Virus record (IMG/VR): IMGVR_UViG_3300036398_002324
Direction: 5' to 3' (one strand)
DNA: 64,000 nt
From: a virus
A program made the position numbers and the translations under genes. Below the pieces are notes generated by a model. That model worked only from the letters and a program-made list of their open reading frames with translations, was not told the origin of the DNA and did not search any database. Positions 1 through 8,926 of this stretch are shown piece after piece. Every line of letters starts with the position of its first letter. The first letter of the stretch is position 1.

Positions 1-86
1 CATATGAACTAACATTAGTCGCTTCGGCAAGTACCAACGGTGCCGACATGTATGGTTCTATGGACTGGGAAGAAGTCACAAGATAA
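1..86 (+). CDS. 3' end of a probable virion protein (partial)
   Basis: Open frame ...YELTLVASASTNGADMYGSMDWEEVTR* runs in from the window edge. Confidence 0.5.
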   Translation, partial: YELTLVASASTNGADMYGSMDWEEVTR

Positions 87-108
87 CAAAAACTAATAGG
101 AGATTCAA

Positions 109-1113
109 ATGTCAATTTTCGACAACAAAATTAATAAAAGTGTCGCAGAAGCAGTAATGAAAGTAGTGCAACAAGAGGAGTTGAAAGGTAATCAGCATAA
201 GATTGATGCCAACAAAAATGGCAAAGTTGATGCTCATGACTTCAAACTTCTTCGTGCTAAAAAAGATATGAAGAAAGAAGAAGTTGAACAACTAGATGAA
301 GTTGGTGATACACCAGCAGGCAGAAAAGCATTGGGCAGTTATGTGCAGAAAGCATTACACGACAAAGATCGTCAGAAAGGTCTGCGTAAAGCAACATCAC
401 GCCTGTACAAAGACAATTACTATGGCAAGAAAACAAATGAAGATGTTGAAGTGTCCGAGCAAGAACAATTGAATGAAGCATTTCCAACCGTTGCTGATGC
501 AAAGAAGCGTATGGATGCTGGCAAAACAGCAACAGGTTCCGTAACAAAGACTGCTACAGGTCTTGTTCATAAGCGTGATTACAAAGATGATGATAATGAT
601 TCTGATGATAAGCCAAAGAAGTCGGCAGGTTATGGCGCTCGTCAGAACTACAAGCGTTCAACACGTGTCAATGAAGAACTTTCATTCACAGAAATGCTCG
701 AACTGTACAACGAGCATGGCATCAAAGTCTTAGCACCAATTGAAAAAGAAGAAATGAACATTGATGGTACGACAATTGAAGTTATTGATGCTGACAAAGT
801 AAATGGCTTTGTTGAAACTACAGTTGAAGAAGTTACCAACGATGAATTTACAAAAGAGTTTGAGGACCAAAAAGCAAGCTTTGAAGGTAAAAAGAAACAA
901 CCTAAAGTTGCTGCAGGTAAAACAACTGGCGTAAAGGCAATGCCAGAAGAAGTTGAACTCGATGAGCGTACATTGACATCTGGTGAATCTAAAAAGAAAG
1001 AAGAGTATGTCAAAGGTATGAAGAAAGGTCTTTCTGGCTTCAAACAGCGTTATGGTGAACGTGCTAAATCGGTAATGTATGCAACTGCAACCAAGATGGC
1101 CAAAAAGGACTAA
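109..1113 (+). CDS. Putative internal head (core) polyprotein
   Basis: SD GGAG; charged modules separated by EEVEQLDE, EQLNE and EEVELDE motifs resembling T4 gp21 cleavage sites. Confidence 0.55.
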   Translation: MSIFDNKINKSVAEAVMKVVQQEELKGNQHKIDANKNGKVDAHDFKLLRAKKDMKKEEVEQLDEVGDTPAGRKALGSYVQKALHDKDRQKGLRKATSRLYKDNYYGKKTNEDVEVSEQEQLNEAFPTVADAKKRMDAGKTATGSVTKTATGLVHKRDYKDDDNDSDDKPKKSAGYGARQNYKRSTRVNEELSFTEMLELYNEHGIKVLAPIEKEEMNIDGTTIEVIDADKVNGFVETTVEEVTNDEFTKEFEDQKASFEGKKKQPKVAAGKTTGVKAMPEEVELDERTLTSGESKKKEEYVKGMKKGLSGFKQRYGERAKSVMYATATKMAKKD

Positions 1114-1115
1114 TT

Positions 1116-2927
1116 ATGTCTGATAAACCAAAAAAGTATTTCTCAGCCATGCGTGAAGGTGTGGCTGAGAAGTTGGCTCAAAGACATCAAGAACTTCGTA
1201 AGAAGAGTGGTTTGCCACATCCTGATTATTATAAAGAGTTAGGTAAATCTTATGATATTAAAGATGACAGTGAACGTATGGCACACCAATCTTCTCTGAA
1301 GAAGAAGTATGGCGTCAAAGAAGAAGTGGAGCCATTGGATGAATTGAGTACAGACACTTTGAAATCTTATATTGGCAAATCAACTAAAGATATGTTAGAG
1401 CGTAAGCGTCAGCAAAAAATTGAAACTGATCGTGCCAATCTTCGAACTAAACACGAAATGGCAAAAAAACGTGGACTTGAGGCTGCTGATAGAATAGGTG
1501 CTAGTGCGATAAAACGTGCCGCTGGTATTGGAAAAGCATCCATGAAAATTGCAATGAAGAAAGAAGAAGTTGAAATGCTTGATGAGATGCCAGAGTCAAG
1601 CATGAAAACACGTGATGTTCATGCACACCTAAAAAAAGCTGGTTGGGCATTGAAACGCACTGGCGGCGGTCACGATGTTTACGCACATCCAAAATCAAAA
1701 GAACACATTGCTGTTCCTCGTCATAGACAATTGAAAGCACCACTCATTCGTGGTATTCTCAAAGCTTCAAGAGTTTCTGAAGAAGCTGAGATTGATGAGC
1801 AATTACAACAGAAAGGAAAATTTGTGTCTGGTCCAGTTAAAAAACCATATAAATCTCCTACGGTAGTAACACCGATAAGAGAAGCAAAAGATCCACGCGA
1901 GTATGATTATGAAGGTGACATGGCAATGTCACAACTTCGGTCATTGATGTTCAATGCACAAGACATGATGGATTTGATGGAAGAAAATACGAATCTACCA
2001 GAGTGGGTGCAATCAAAGATTACACTTGCTGAAGATTATATTTCAACAGCAGCAAACTATCTGCGTGGTGAGTTGAATGAAGCAGTAAGTCCTGCACAAC
2101 AAGCGGCAATTGCTGTTAGTATGAAAGAAAAAGGCATCAAACCTAAAGTAGGAAAACAACCAAAGGGTGATTATGAGCGTAAAGTGGACAAATACTTGAA
2201 GAAGAAATATCAAAAAGAAGATGTTGAACTTCAAGAGGGTCGTCCATCACAACGCCATCCATTAGAGGGTCATGAGTATCATAAGAAATCGAATGAAGCA
2301 TTAGTTCACATTGCTAAAGATGCACATGCTGCTGCCGAAGCAATGAAAGGTCACAATACACAAGCAGAAAACAAATATCGTGACCAAGCAAATGATTCCG
2401 CAACAGTGCGCTACTTCCGTCAAAAAAGTGGTATGCCTGACTGGTACAAAAAGAAATATGGTCATGTCAAAGAAGAAACCGAGATTCAAGAATCTGATGC
2501 AGCTTGGGCAGCTTCTCAAGAAAAGCGTAAAGAAAAAAAGTTGACACCTAATGATCAAGATAAACTTGGACAAGTCCGTGCTTTAATGGCTAAAGAAAAA
2601 GAAGCTAAGGCAAAGATGAAGAAAGAAGATGTTGAACTTGAAGAAGAAAACAAGCCAACTAATCCAGAACTTTGGTCTAAAGCAAAATCAATGGCTAAAT
2701 CCAAGTTTGACGTATATCCATCAGCATATGCAAATGGCTGGGCAGCTAAATGGTACAAATCTAAAGGAGGTGGATGGAAGTCTGTTTCTGAGGAAACTGA
2801 GAAGCCAGAATCACGCAAAGCAAGAATCGTGAGAGACCTCGTGAAAGATAAAAAGAATGCACAAGAAGAGGCATCGGACAAGTTTCAAAAAGATCCCGAA
2901 ATCTCAAGTGAAATTCAAAAGAACTAA
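1116..2927 (+). CDS. Putative internal head polyprotein with an embedded HicA-like domain
   Basis: Repeated (K)EEVExLxE linkers; module MKTRDVHAHLKKAGWALKRTGGGHDVYAHP...IAVPRH is HicA-like. Confidence 0.6.
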   Translation: MSDKPKKYFSAMREGVAEKLAQRHQELRKKSGLPHPDYYKELGKSYDIKDDSERMAHQSSLKKKYGVKEEVEPLDELSTDTLKSYIGKSTKDMLERKRQQKIETDRANLRTKHEMAKKRGLEAADRIGASAIKRAAGIGKASMKIAMKKEEVEMLDEMPESSMKTRDVHAHLKKAGWALKRTGGGHDVYAHPKSKEHIAVPRHRQLKAPLIRGILKASRVSEEAEIDEQLQQKGKFVSGPVKKPYKSPTVVTPIREAKDPREYDYEGDMAMSQLRSLMFNAQDMMDLMEENTNLPEWVQSKITLAEDYISTAANYLRGELNEAVSPAQQAAIAVSMKEKGIKPKVGKQPKGDYERKVDKYLKKKYQKEDVELQEGRPSQRHPLEGHEYHKKSNEALVHIAKDAHAAAEAMKGHNTQAENKYRDQANDSATVRYFRQKSGMPDWYKKKYGHVKEETEIQESDAAWAASQEKRKEKKLTPNDQDKLGQVRALMAKEKEAKAKMKKEDVELEEENKPTNPELWSKAKSMAKSKFDVYPSAYANGWAAKWYKSKGGGWKSVSEETEKPESRKARIVRDLVKDKKNAQEEASDKFQKDPEISSEIQKN

Positions 2928-2930
2928 TAA

Positions 2931-2938
2931 CATAAATA
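2931..2938 (+). promoter_or_regulatory. T4-type late promoter (CATAAATA)
   Basis: Matches TATAAATA-type consensus, intergenic, ahead of a structural gene. Confidence 0.6.
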
Positions 2939-2968
2939 AACAATCAAATAGATTTATAGGAGAAAAAC

Positions 2969-3547
2969 ATGTCACTTTGGGGAAATTTAGACGCATCTAA
3001 CAATGCTCCAAACTTTTCGGGTCTGACTGGCTATGACACATCAACTACTGGCGAAAGCTTGGCTAACTCACAGCCATCTTCAGTATTTGGTAACACATAC
3101 ATGAGCGCCACAAGAACTAATGTTGAGTTTGGCGTATTCGGTATTGATACAACAGAAGAAGGACTTATTACAGATGGCTCACCAACACACGCTGGTTGGG
3201 TAGCACGTACTAAGGGTTCGGGTCCTGTTGATTCAGTAACAGCAAACACTGACGCCGTTGGTCCAGCAGCATCAGCATGTACGTACACACTAGTTATTTC
3301 TGGTGGTGGTACAAACAATACTTCAGCGCAAGTTTCTGTAACAACGGCTGCTACTGGTAGAGTCACAGCAGTTACAGTTACAAACGGTGGATTGTATACT
3401 GGCACACCAACAGCAAACACATTTGGTAACACAGCATTCACTTTCACGATGGGCGGCCGTAACGGTCGTACCACATTTGAAACCATTGTTGCTATGGGTT
3501 CAATGGAAGGCGATGCATCCGATGACGCAATTGCGCCTGACGCTTAA
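2969..3547 (+). CDS. Virion structural protein
   Basis: MSLWG start, HAGWV motif, Thr/Gly-rich beta composition, late promoter and strong SD. Confidence 0.55.
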   Translation: MSLWGNLDASNNAPNFSGLTGYDTSTTGESLANSQPSSVFGNTYMSATRTNVEFGVFGIDTTEEGLITDGSPTHAGWVARTKGSGPVDSVTANTDAVGPAASACTYTLVISGGGTNNTSAQVSVTTAATGRVTAVTVTNGGLYTGTPTANTFGNTAFTFTMGGRNGRTTFETIVAMGSMEGDASDDAIAPDA

Positions 3548-3556
3548 ATGAAAGTG

Positions 3557-3578
3557 GCGGCTAACTTCGGTTAGCCGC
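3557..3578 (+). terminator. UUCG hairpin / intrinsic terminator
   Basis: GCGGCTAAC-TTCG-GTTAGCCGC. Confidence 0.7.
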
Positions 3579-3585
3579 ATTTATT

Positions 3586-3978
3586 ATGTCATTTGAAAAT
3601 CTAACCGAAGATAATATGATGTTGTATGCAGCAAAAGCTTACGATAAGCCTAACTGTATTATGAGTGAATTCGATGAAGATATGAAGAAATTAAATTATC
3701 TTAAACGATTGTTTCATCGATATCATAAAAGAGAAGAAATTCGTGAACGGCTGATATTAAATCATATAGTAACACTTAACAATCTGTTTGGTCCAGAAGC
3801 GACTAGCAGATTGTTATTTTTTAGTATGAGTGAAAAAGATTACTCTGCACTTAAAACATTTCTATTATTTCTTAATATTATGCCGAATCGTGTAAAAGGA
3901 ATAAAAGGCAAAGATATTATTTCATCTAACATTAATATTGATATGAAAATTGCTGAAGAATTGAGAAAACTAAAATAA
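3586..3978 (+). CDS. Conserved T4-like phage hypothetical protein
   Basis: Motifs YAAKAYDKP and ERLILNHI typical of T4-like aquatic phages. Confidence 0.6.
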   Translation: MSFENLTEDNMMLYAAKAYDKPNCIMSEFDEDMKKLNYLKRLFHRYHKREEIRERLILNHIVTLNNLFGPEATSRLLFFSMSEKDYSALKTFLLFLNIMPNRVKGIKGKDIISSNINIDMKIAEELRKLK

Positions 3979-3986
3979 ATACGACT

Positions 3987-4238
3987 ATGAAAAATAACGA
4001 ATCTAAATTTTGTCCAGCTTGCAACAAAATGGAAAAACGCAACGAGTGTGGCTTTGGACCAGAATACTGGGACAAAAATGCAAAGAGTGTTAAAGAAGAA
4101 GATGCACCAGTAAACGCCGTAGGCGGTGGTGCCGTAGCAGGATTAGGTGTCGGTCCACAGGGCGAACCTGGCGTGAAGAAACGCAAGGCTGCAACATTCA
4201 TTTCTTTTATAAAGAGAAAATCAAATGTGGCTTCTTAG
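3987..4238 (+). CDS. Hypothetical protein (CxxC; EEDAPVNAVGGG motif)
   Basis: ORF track; in operon context. Confidence 0.5.
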   Translation: MKNNESKFCPACNKMEKRNECGFGPEYWDKNAKSVKEEDAPVNAVGGGAVAGLGVGPQGEPGVKKRKAATFISFIKRKSNVAS

Positions 4239-4740
4239 TTTTTTGCCTACAGGATTTCTAGAATTTATCATCAATGCTGTACTTATCGGTAGCATTGTTG
4301 GTATTGTACTAGGTTTTTTCGGTAGCAAATTACCAGTTGTTGGTACACATGCGACTATCATCAAATATGCTTCAATTGTTTTATTCTGTATCGGTCTATA
4401 CTGGAAAGGTGGTTTCAGTGTAGAAAAAGAATGGCGTGAAAGAGTAGAAGCAATGGAAATTAAAGTAAAACAAGCAGAAGCACAAGCAAAAGAAGCGAAT
4501 GAACAAATCAATACAAGAGTTGTTGAGAGAACAAAAGTTGTTCGTGAAAAAGGAAAAACACAGATTGAATATATCAACCGATTGGTTGAAGGTAAAACAG
4601 TTGAGATTGTAAAAGATATGAGCGCAGAAGAACGAGCCGTGTTTGAAAAGAAACAAAAAGAATTACAAGATGCTCTTAAAAGTTGTCCTGTACCTAGAAT
4701 CATCATAGAAGAACATAACAAAGCGGCAGAGATAAAATGA
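4225..4740 (+). CDS. Putative i-spanin (Rz-like)
   Basis: N-terminal TM helices plus periplasmic coiled coil; next to lipoprotein and endolysin. Confidence 0.6.
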   Translation: MWLLSFLPTGFLEFIINAVLIGSIVGIVLGFFGSKLPVVGTHATIIKYASIVLFCIGLYWKGGFSVEKEWRERVEAMEIKVKQAEAQAKEANEQINTRVVERTKVVREKGKTQIEYINRLVEGKTVEIVKDMSAEERAVFEKKQKELQDALKSCPVPRIIIEEHNKAAEIK

Positions 4741-5003
4741 AATTATATGCACTTTTATTGATTGCGCTATTGACTGGTTGTTCAACAACAGTTCCTGTAG
4801 TTGCAAAATTTCCTGATGCACCTAAAGCATTAACAGAAAACTGTCCACCTTTGAAAAAAGTTGAGAACGACCCAACATCTATCGTAGATTTACATAAAAC
4901 TGTAGTTGAAAATTACACACTGTATCATGAGTGTGCTATCAAAGTTGAAGAATGGAATGAGTGGCATGTGAAACAAAAAAAGATTTTTGAAAGTGTAAAA
5001 TAA
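4737..5003 (+). CDS. Putative o-spanin lipoprotein (Rz1-like)
   Basis: Lipobox LLTGC, Pro-rich segment, overlaps i-spanin stop. Confidence 0.65.
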   Translation: MKLYALLLIALLTGCSTTVPVVAKFPDAPKALTENCPPLKKVENDPTSIVDLHKTVVENYTLYHECAIKVEEWNEWHVKQKKIFESVK

Positions 5004-5015
5004 TAAAGGAAAAGT

Positions 5016-5633
5016 ATGGAACTGACAAAACAACAATTAAAAGAATTGCTTCCAAAAAATCCCTATGTTGACCAGTGGCATAAAGCATTAAGTCAATTAC
5101 TGCCGGATTACGAAATCAATACTCCACAAAGAATCGCAGCGTTCATTGCACAATGCGCTCACGAGTCTGGTGGTTTTATTTTTCTTACAGAGAATTTAAA
5201 CTACAAAGCAGAAAGCCTAATGAAAGTATTCCCAAAATACTTCAAAGATATGGCAACTGCAAAAGCATACGAAAAGAAACCAGAAAAGATTGCAAACAAA
5301 ATCTATGCTGATCGCATGGGTAATGGCAACGAAGCATCGGGCGATGGTTACAAATACCGTGGTCGTGGTCTAATTCAACTTACTGGTAAAACAAATTATA
5401 CATGGTTTGCTGCATCATTAGAAATTACACCAGAAGAAGCAGCAGAGTATACACAAACCTTTGAAGGTGCAGCACAATCAGCATGTTGGTTCTGGGAAAC
5501 AAACAAACTGAACCAATATGCAGATACGGGCGATATTCTTACAATGACAAAGAGAATCAATGGTGGTACGATAGGACTTGAAGACCGCAAGAAACATTAT
5601 GCACATGCACTTCACGTTCTAGGAGTTCACTGA
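5016..5633 (+). CDS. Endolysin, glycoside hydrolase family 19
   Basis: FIAQCAHESGGF, YRGRGLIQLTG, TKRINGG motifs. Confidence 0.9.
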   Translation: MELTKQQLKELLPKNPYVDQWHKALSQLLPDYEINTPQRIAAFIAQCAHESGGFIFLTENLNYKAESLMKVFPKYFKDMATAKAYEKKPEKIANKIYADRMGNGNEASGDGYKYRGRGLIQLTGKTNYTWFAASLEITPEEAAEYTQTFEGAAQSACWFWETNKLNQYADTGDILTMTKRINGGTIGLEDRKKHYAHALHVLGVH

Positions 5634-5863
5634 TGAAATATCTATCACTATTGGTAGTGTTTCTTCTAGCATCATGTGGAGAAAACTATCGTTATCCATG
5701 CCAGGACCCAGAGAACTGGGAAACAAAACAATGTAAAAAACCATATTGTAGCGCAAACGGAACTTGCCCTGAAGATTTGACACATTATGAGAAAAATAAA
5801 AACGGTCAACCGATTCAGTCGATGCAATTACCACAAGTTCCAAGTAAAGGAGAATGCAAATGA
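5633..5863 (+). CDS. Small Cys-rich lipoprotein
   Basis: Lipobox LASC; YRYPCQDP motif. Confidence 0.6.
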   Translation: MKYLSLLVVFLLASCGENYRYPCQDPENWETKQCKKPYCSANGTCPEDLTHYEKNKNGQPIQSMQLPQVPSKGECK

Positions 5864-6336
5864 TTAAAGATTTATGGGAAGGACCAAGATATACAAACGA
5901 TGAGTTGATGGCACGACTGAAGTTTTTCATTGGTGTCATTCTAGGACTCACCTTATTTGGTATCGTTTTTGTTGTATTGTATAGTTTAATTTTTGTTACT
6001 CAGCCAATGAATGGTATGAGTCCCGTTGACAATAAATTCTTTGAATTAATTATTCCTATTGCTACATTCTTGACTGGTACACTGTCGGGTATTATGTTGG
6101 CAGGTGATGACAAAGAGTTGAGAGGAAAAGCACTTGATGCTGCAAACAAACCTTACACACCACCGCCACCACCACCTGTATCTTCAGTATCAGCTTCGGT
6201 ACCAGTCGGTCTAAGTGGAGGATTTGGTTCAGTAGCATCAACATCGTTTGAGCCAGTGGCATCATTTGTTGCAGCAGAAGTATCTGGCTTTGGTGGTAAA
6301 CCAGCACCAGCACAACCTGAACATCCAGAAAAATGA
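5854..6336 (+). CDS. Membrane protein, holin/antiholin candidate
   Basis: Two TM helices and a Pro-rich tail; lysis cluster. Confidence 0.45.
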   Translation: MQMIKDLWEGPRYTNDELMARLKFFIGVILGLTLFGIVFVVLYSLIFVTQPMNGMSPVDNKFFELIIPIATFLTGTLSGIMLAGDDKELRGKALDAANKPYTPPPPPPVSSVSASVPVGLSGGFGSVASTSFEPVASFVAAEVSGFGGKPAPAQPEHPEK

Positions 6337-6560
6337 TAAACTTTCTAACCAAAACATTATCTGGAGAAGGTGAAAGTAATCCAAGCAGCAAGAGAGTAAT
6401 TACCTTTCTTGCGTTCTTGCTGCTTGCTACTGGTGTAATTTCAGAATTATTTTTTGAAAAAAGATTGAATCCACAAACACTTGATGCTATCATGTATGTT
6501 GTGCTAGGTGGATTAGGCTTTACCGCATCCGAAAAATTCGTTACAAAGGAAAAGAAATGA
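6333..6560 (+). CDS. Small 2-TM holin candidate
   Basis: SSKRVITF motif, two TM helices, basic C-terminus. Confidence 0.5.
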   Translation: MINFLTKTLSGEGESNPSSKRVITFLAFLLLATGVISELFFEKRLNPQTLDAIMYVVLGGLGFTASEKFVTKEKK

Positions 6561-6754
6561 AAAAAGAAATTGCATTGATATCGATGATTCTAGCACTGCT
6601 TTTTGTACCACTTTCAAAGGCCGCATTTGCTGCTGAAGAAAAGAAAGTGTGTGTCAAAGAGTTTGATAACAAAACCAAAAAAGAAAAAGAAGTGTGCAAA
6701 ACTATCAAAGTCCATAAGAAGTTAGAAGGCACAAAGATTCCTGAGAAGAAGTAA
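6557..6754 (+). CDS. Small secreted basic protein
   Basis: Signal peptide; KKVC...EVCK. Confidence 0.5.
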   Translation: MKKEIALISMILALLFVPLSKAAFAAEEKKVCVKEFDNKTKKEKEVCKTIKVHKKLEGTKIPEKK

Positions 6755-6755
6755 A

Positions 6756-7184
6756 ATGGACGGAGAAGTAGCTTTAAAGGTAGAAGTTGGAGTCCTCAAA
6801 GAAAAGGTAAATACCATTGCCGAACTTTGTGAAAAAATGGACCGTGTTATTGAAAAGCTTGCAGACAATAACACGAACATGGTCAATCAAATATACAAAG
6901 ATATGGACAAACGAAAAGAGGACACTGTGGGTGATATTAAAGAACTTCATTCTAGAATTACCACGACGGATAGAAATCTTTCTGATAAGATTGAACTTAC
7001 CGAGCGTAGAATTATGGATGAAATAAAATCTTTGCGTGATCACATTACCGAACACAATCAAAAAGAAGATGATGACATGAAGTCCATGCTTCAGTGGCGT
7101 TGGATGATTGCCGGTGGTGTTGTTGTATTAGCATGGATTATTTCAAATGTTAAATTAGAGTATTTGGCAAAGTTTTTAAATTAA
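6756..7184 (+). CDS. Coiled-coil protein with C-terminal TM anchor
   Basis: Heptad pattern; WRWMIAGG TM segment. Confidence 0.55.
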   Translation: MDGEVALKVEVGVLKEKVNTIAELCEKMDRVIEKLADNNTNMVNQIYKDMDKRKEDTVGDIKELHSRITTTDRNLSDKIELTERRIMDEIKSLRDHITEHNQKEDDDMKSMLQWRWMIAGGVVVLAWIISNVKLEYLAKFLN

Positions 7185-7213
7185 TTGACTTCTTTGAGGA
7201 GTATTGATATAAT
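7185..7213 (+). promoter_or_regulatory. sigma70-type promoter
   Basis: TTGACT-17-TATAAT just before the primase. Confidence 0.7.
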
Positions 7214-7219
7214 GATTAC

Positions 7220-8263
7220 ATGGCACTCTATACTGATACAAAATACATAAGACTCATTTCTTCCCGCTTGCGTAACTTCAAGCAGAAGAATGATAATCTC
7301 TGGAATTTCTCATGTCCTTATTGTGGCGATTCTAAAACAAACTTACTCAAAGCCCGAGGCTATGTTTTTGCCAAGGGTAATGATTTATTCTATCGTTGTC
7401 ACAACTGCGGAGTAGGAACAAATGTCGCCAATTTACTCAAACATATCGACCCAACAATACATGATGAGTATGTATTCGAGAAATACAAATCAGGAGCAAC
7501 CTCCAACACGCATCACAGAACGAGTAGTGTACCACCAAGAATCATCACCAACCCACCCAAATTTGGTCACATCAAAAAGCGCAACATATTTGAACATGGG
7601 ACCCGGCTCAACGATTTACAGAGTGGACATTTTTGTCTAACTTATGTAGAAAATCGACTGATTCCTGAAGAACATTATGATAAGCTGTTGTTTACTTCAA
7701 ACTACAAAGCATTTTGTGATGCGCTAATTCCCAATCACGATAAAAATTTAGTTGAAGATGCACGATTGGTTATTCCATACTTCAATTATCAAAATGAATT
7801 AATTGCAGTATCTGGTCGTGCATTAGAAACAAGTGACCGCACACTACGTTATGTTACATTGCGTACAAATGAATCGACAAACAAATTAATCTTTGGCATA
7901 GATAGAGTTGATTTAACTAAACGTGTTTATCTTGTTGAGGGTCCACTTGATTCTTTGTTTCTGAATAATTGTGTAGCAAGTGGTGATGCAAATCTTGCTT
8001 TAACGGTGAAAAATATTCAAGCAAAAAATATTACGCTTGTTTTTGACAATGAACCACGCAATAAAGAAGTATGTAAGTTGATTGAAAATGCAATCAAATC
8101 GAATCATAATGTCGTAATTTGGCCTGATGAGATAGAAGGCAAAGACATCAATGAGATGATATTGAATGGTTTTTCGGCCAGCGAAATTCAAAGGATTATA
8201 GATAGTAATACATTTTATGGTTTGGAAGCAATAGCTAAATTTACATTTTGGAAGAAATTATGA
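7220..8263 (+). CDS. gp61: DNA primase (T4 gp61-like)
   Basis: Zn finger CPYCGDS...CHNC; TOPRIM motifs VEGPLDSLF, FDNEPRN, KDIN. Confidence 0.93.
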   Translation: MALYTDTKYIRLISSRLRNFKQKNDNLWNFSCPYCGDSKTNLLKARGYVFAKGNDLFYRCHNCGVGTNVANLLKHIDPTIHDEYVFEKYKSGATSNTHHRTSSVPPRIITNPPKFGHIKKRNIFEHGTRLNDLQSGHFCLTYVENRLIPEEHYDKLLFTSNYKAFCDALIPNHDKNLVEDARLVIPYFNYQNELIAVSGRALETSDRTLRYVTLRTNESTNKLIFGIDRVDLTKRVYLVEGPLDSLFLNNCVASGDANLALTVKNIQAKNITLVFDNEPRNKEVCKLIENAIKSNHNVVIWPDEIEGKDINEMILNGFSASEIQRIIDSNTFYGLEAIAKFTFWKKL

Positions 8264-8916
8264 ACGTGAAATTAATTGGTGTAACAGCACCATTTGCAGG
8301 TCACAATTCTGCTGAAGATATGATTGTGTATATGGCACGTGTGTCTAATCCTAGTAATCAAGATATGACACGAGGTGATGAGAAACTTATTCGTTATCTT
8401 ATCAAAAATCAACATTGGTCACCATTTGAAATGGTCAACGTTGTTATGGAAATAAGTACAACAAGAGATATCGCAAGACAGATTTTGCGGCATAGGAGTT
8501 TTTCCTTCCAAGAATTCAGTCAACGATATGCTGACCCTATAAAAGATTTGGGTTTTGATTTGCGTGAAGCTAGATTACAAGATACAAAGAATCGTCAAAA
8601 TAGTGTTGAGACTGAAGATAATAAATTAAAATCTGAGTGGATGGTCAAACAGATGAATGTCATCTCAGGAGCAAAATATGCATATGAGTGGGCGATTGAG
8701 AATGGCATTGCAAAAGAACAAGCACGTGCAGTTTTACCTGAAGGTAACACGCAGTCACGCATGTACATGAATGGTACATTACGTTCATGGATTCACTACT
8801 GTGAGTTACGTATGGCAAATGGTACACAAAAAGAACACATGGAAGTAGCAAAAGAATGTTGGAAGATTATTAAAGAAAAGTTTCCAAACGTAGTAGCAGC
8901 AATAGAACAACAATAA
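8260..8916 (+). CDS. thyX: Flavin-dependent thymidylate synthase
   Basis: RHRSFSFQEFSQRY motif; HWSPFE; start set at MNVKL. Confidence 0.95.
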   Translation: MNVKLIGVTAPFAGHNSAEDMIVYMARVSNPSNQDMTRGDEKLIRYLIKNQHWSPFEMVNVVMEISTTRDIARQILRHRSFSFQEFSQRYADPIKDLGFDLREARLQDTKNRQNSVETEDNKLKSEWMVKQMNVISGAKYAYEWAIENGIAKEQARAVLPEGNTQSRMYMNGTLRSWIHYCELRMANGTQKEHMEVAKECWKIIKEKFPNVVAAIEQQ

Positions 8917-8926
8917 CGGAGAAGAA

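Noticed and set aside
257-3486. Minus-strand ORFs overlapping the virion genes
   Set aside because: Antisense shadows of biased plus-strand codon usage; no SD or recognisable motifs.
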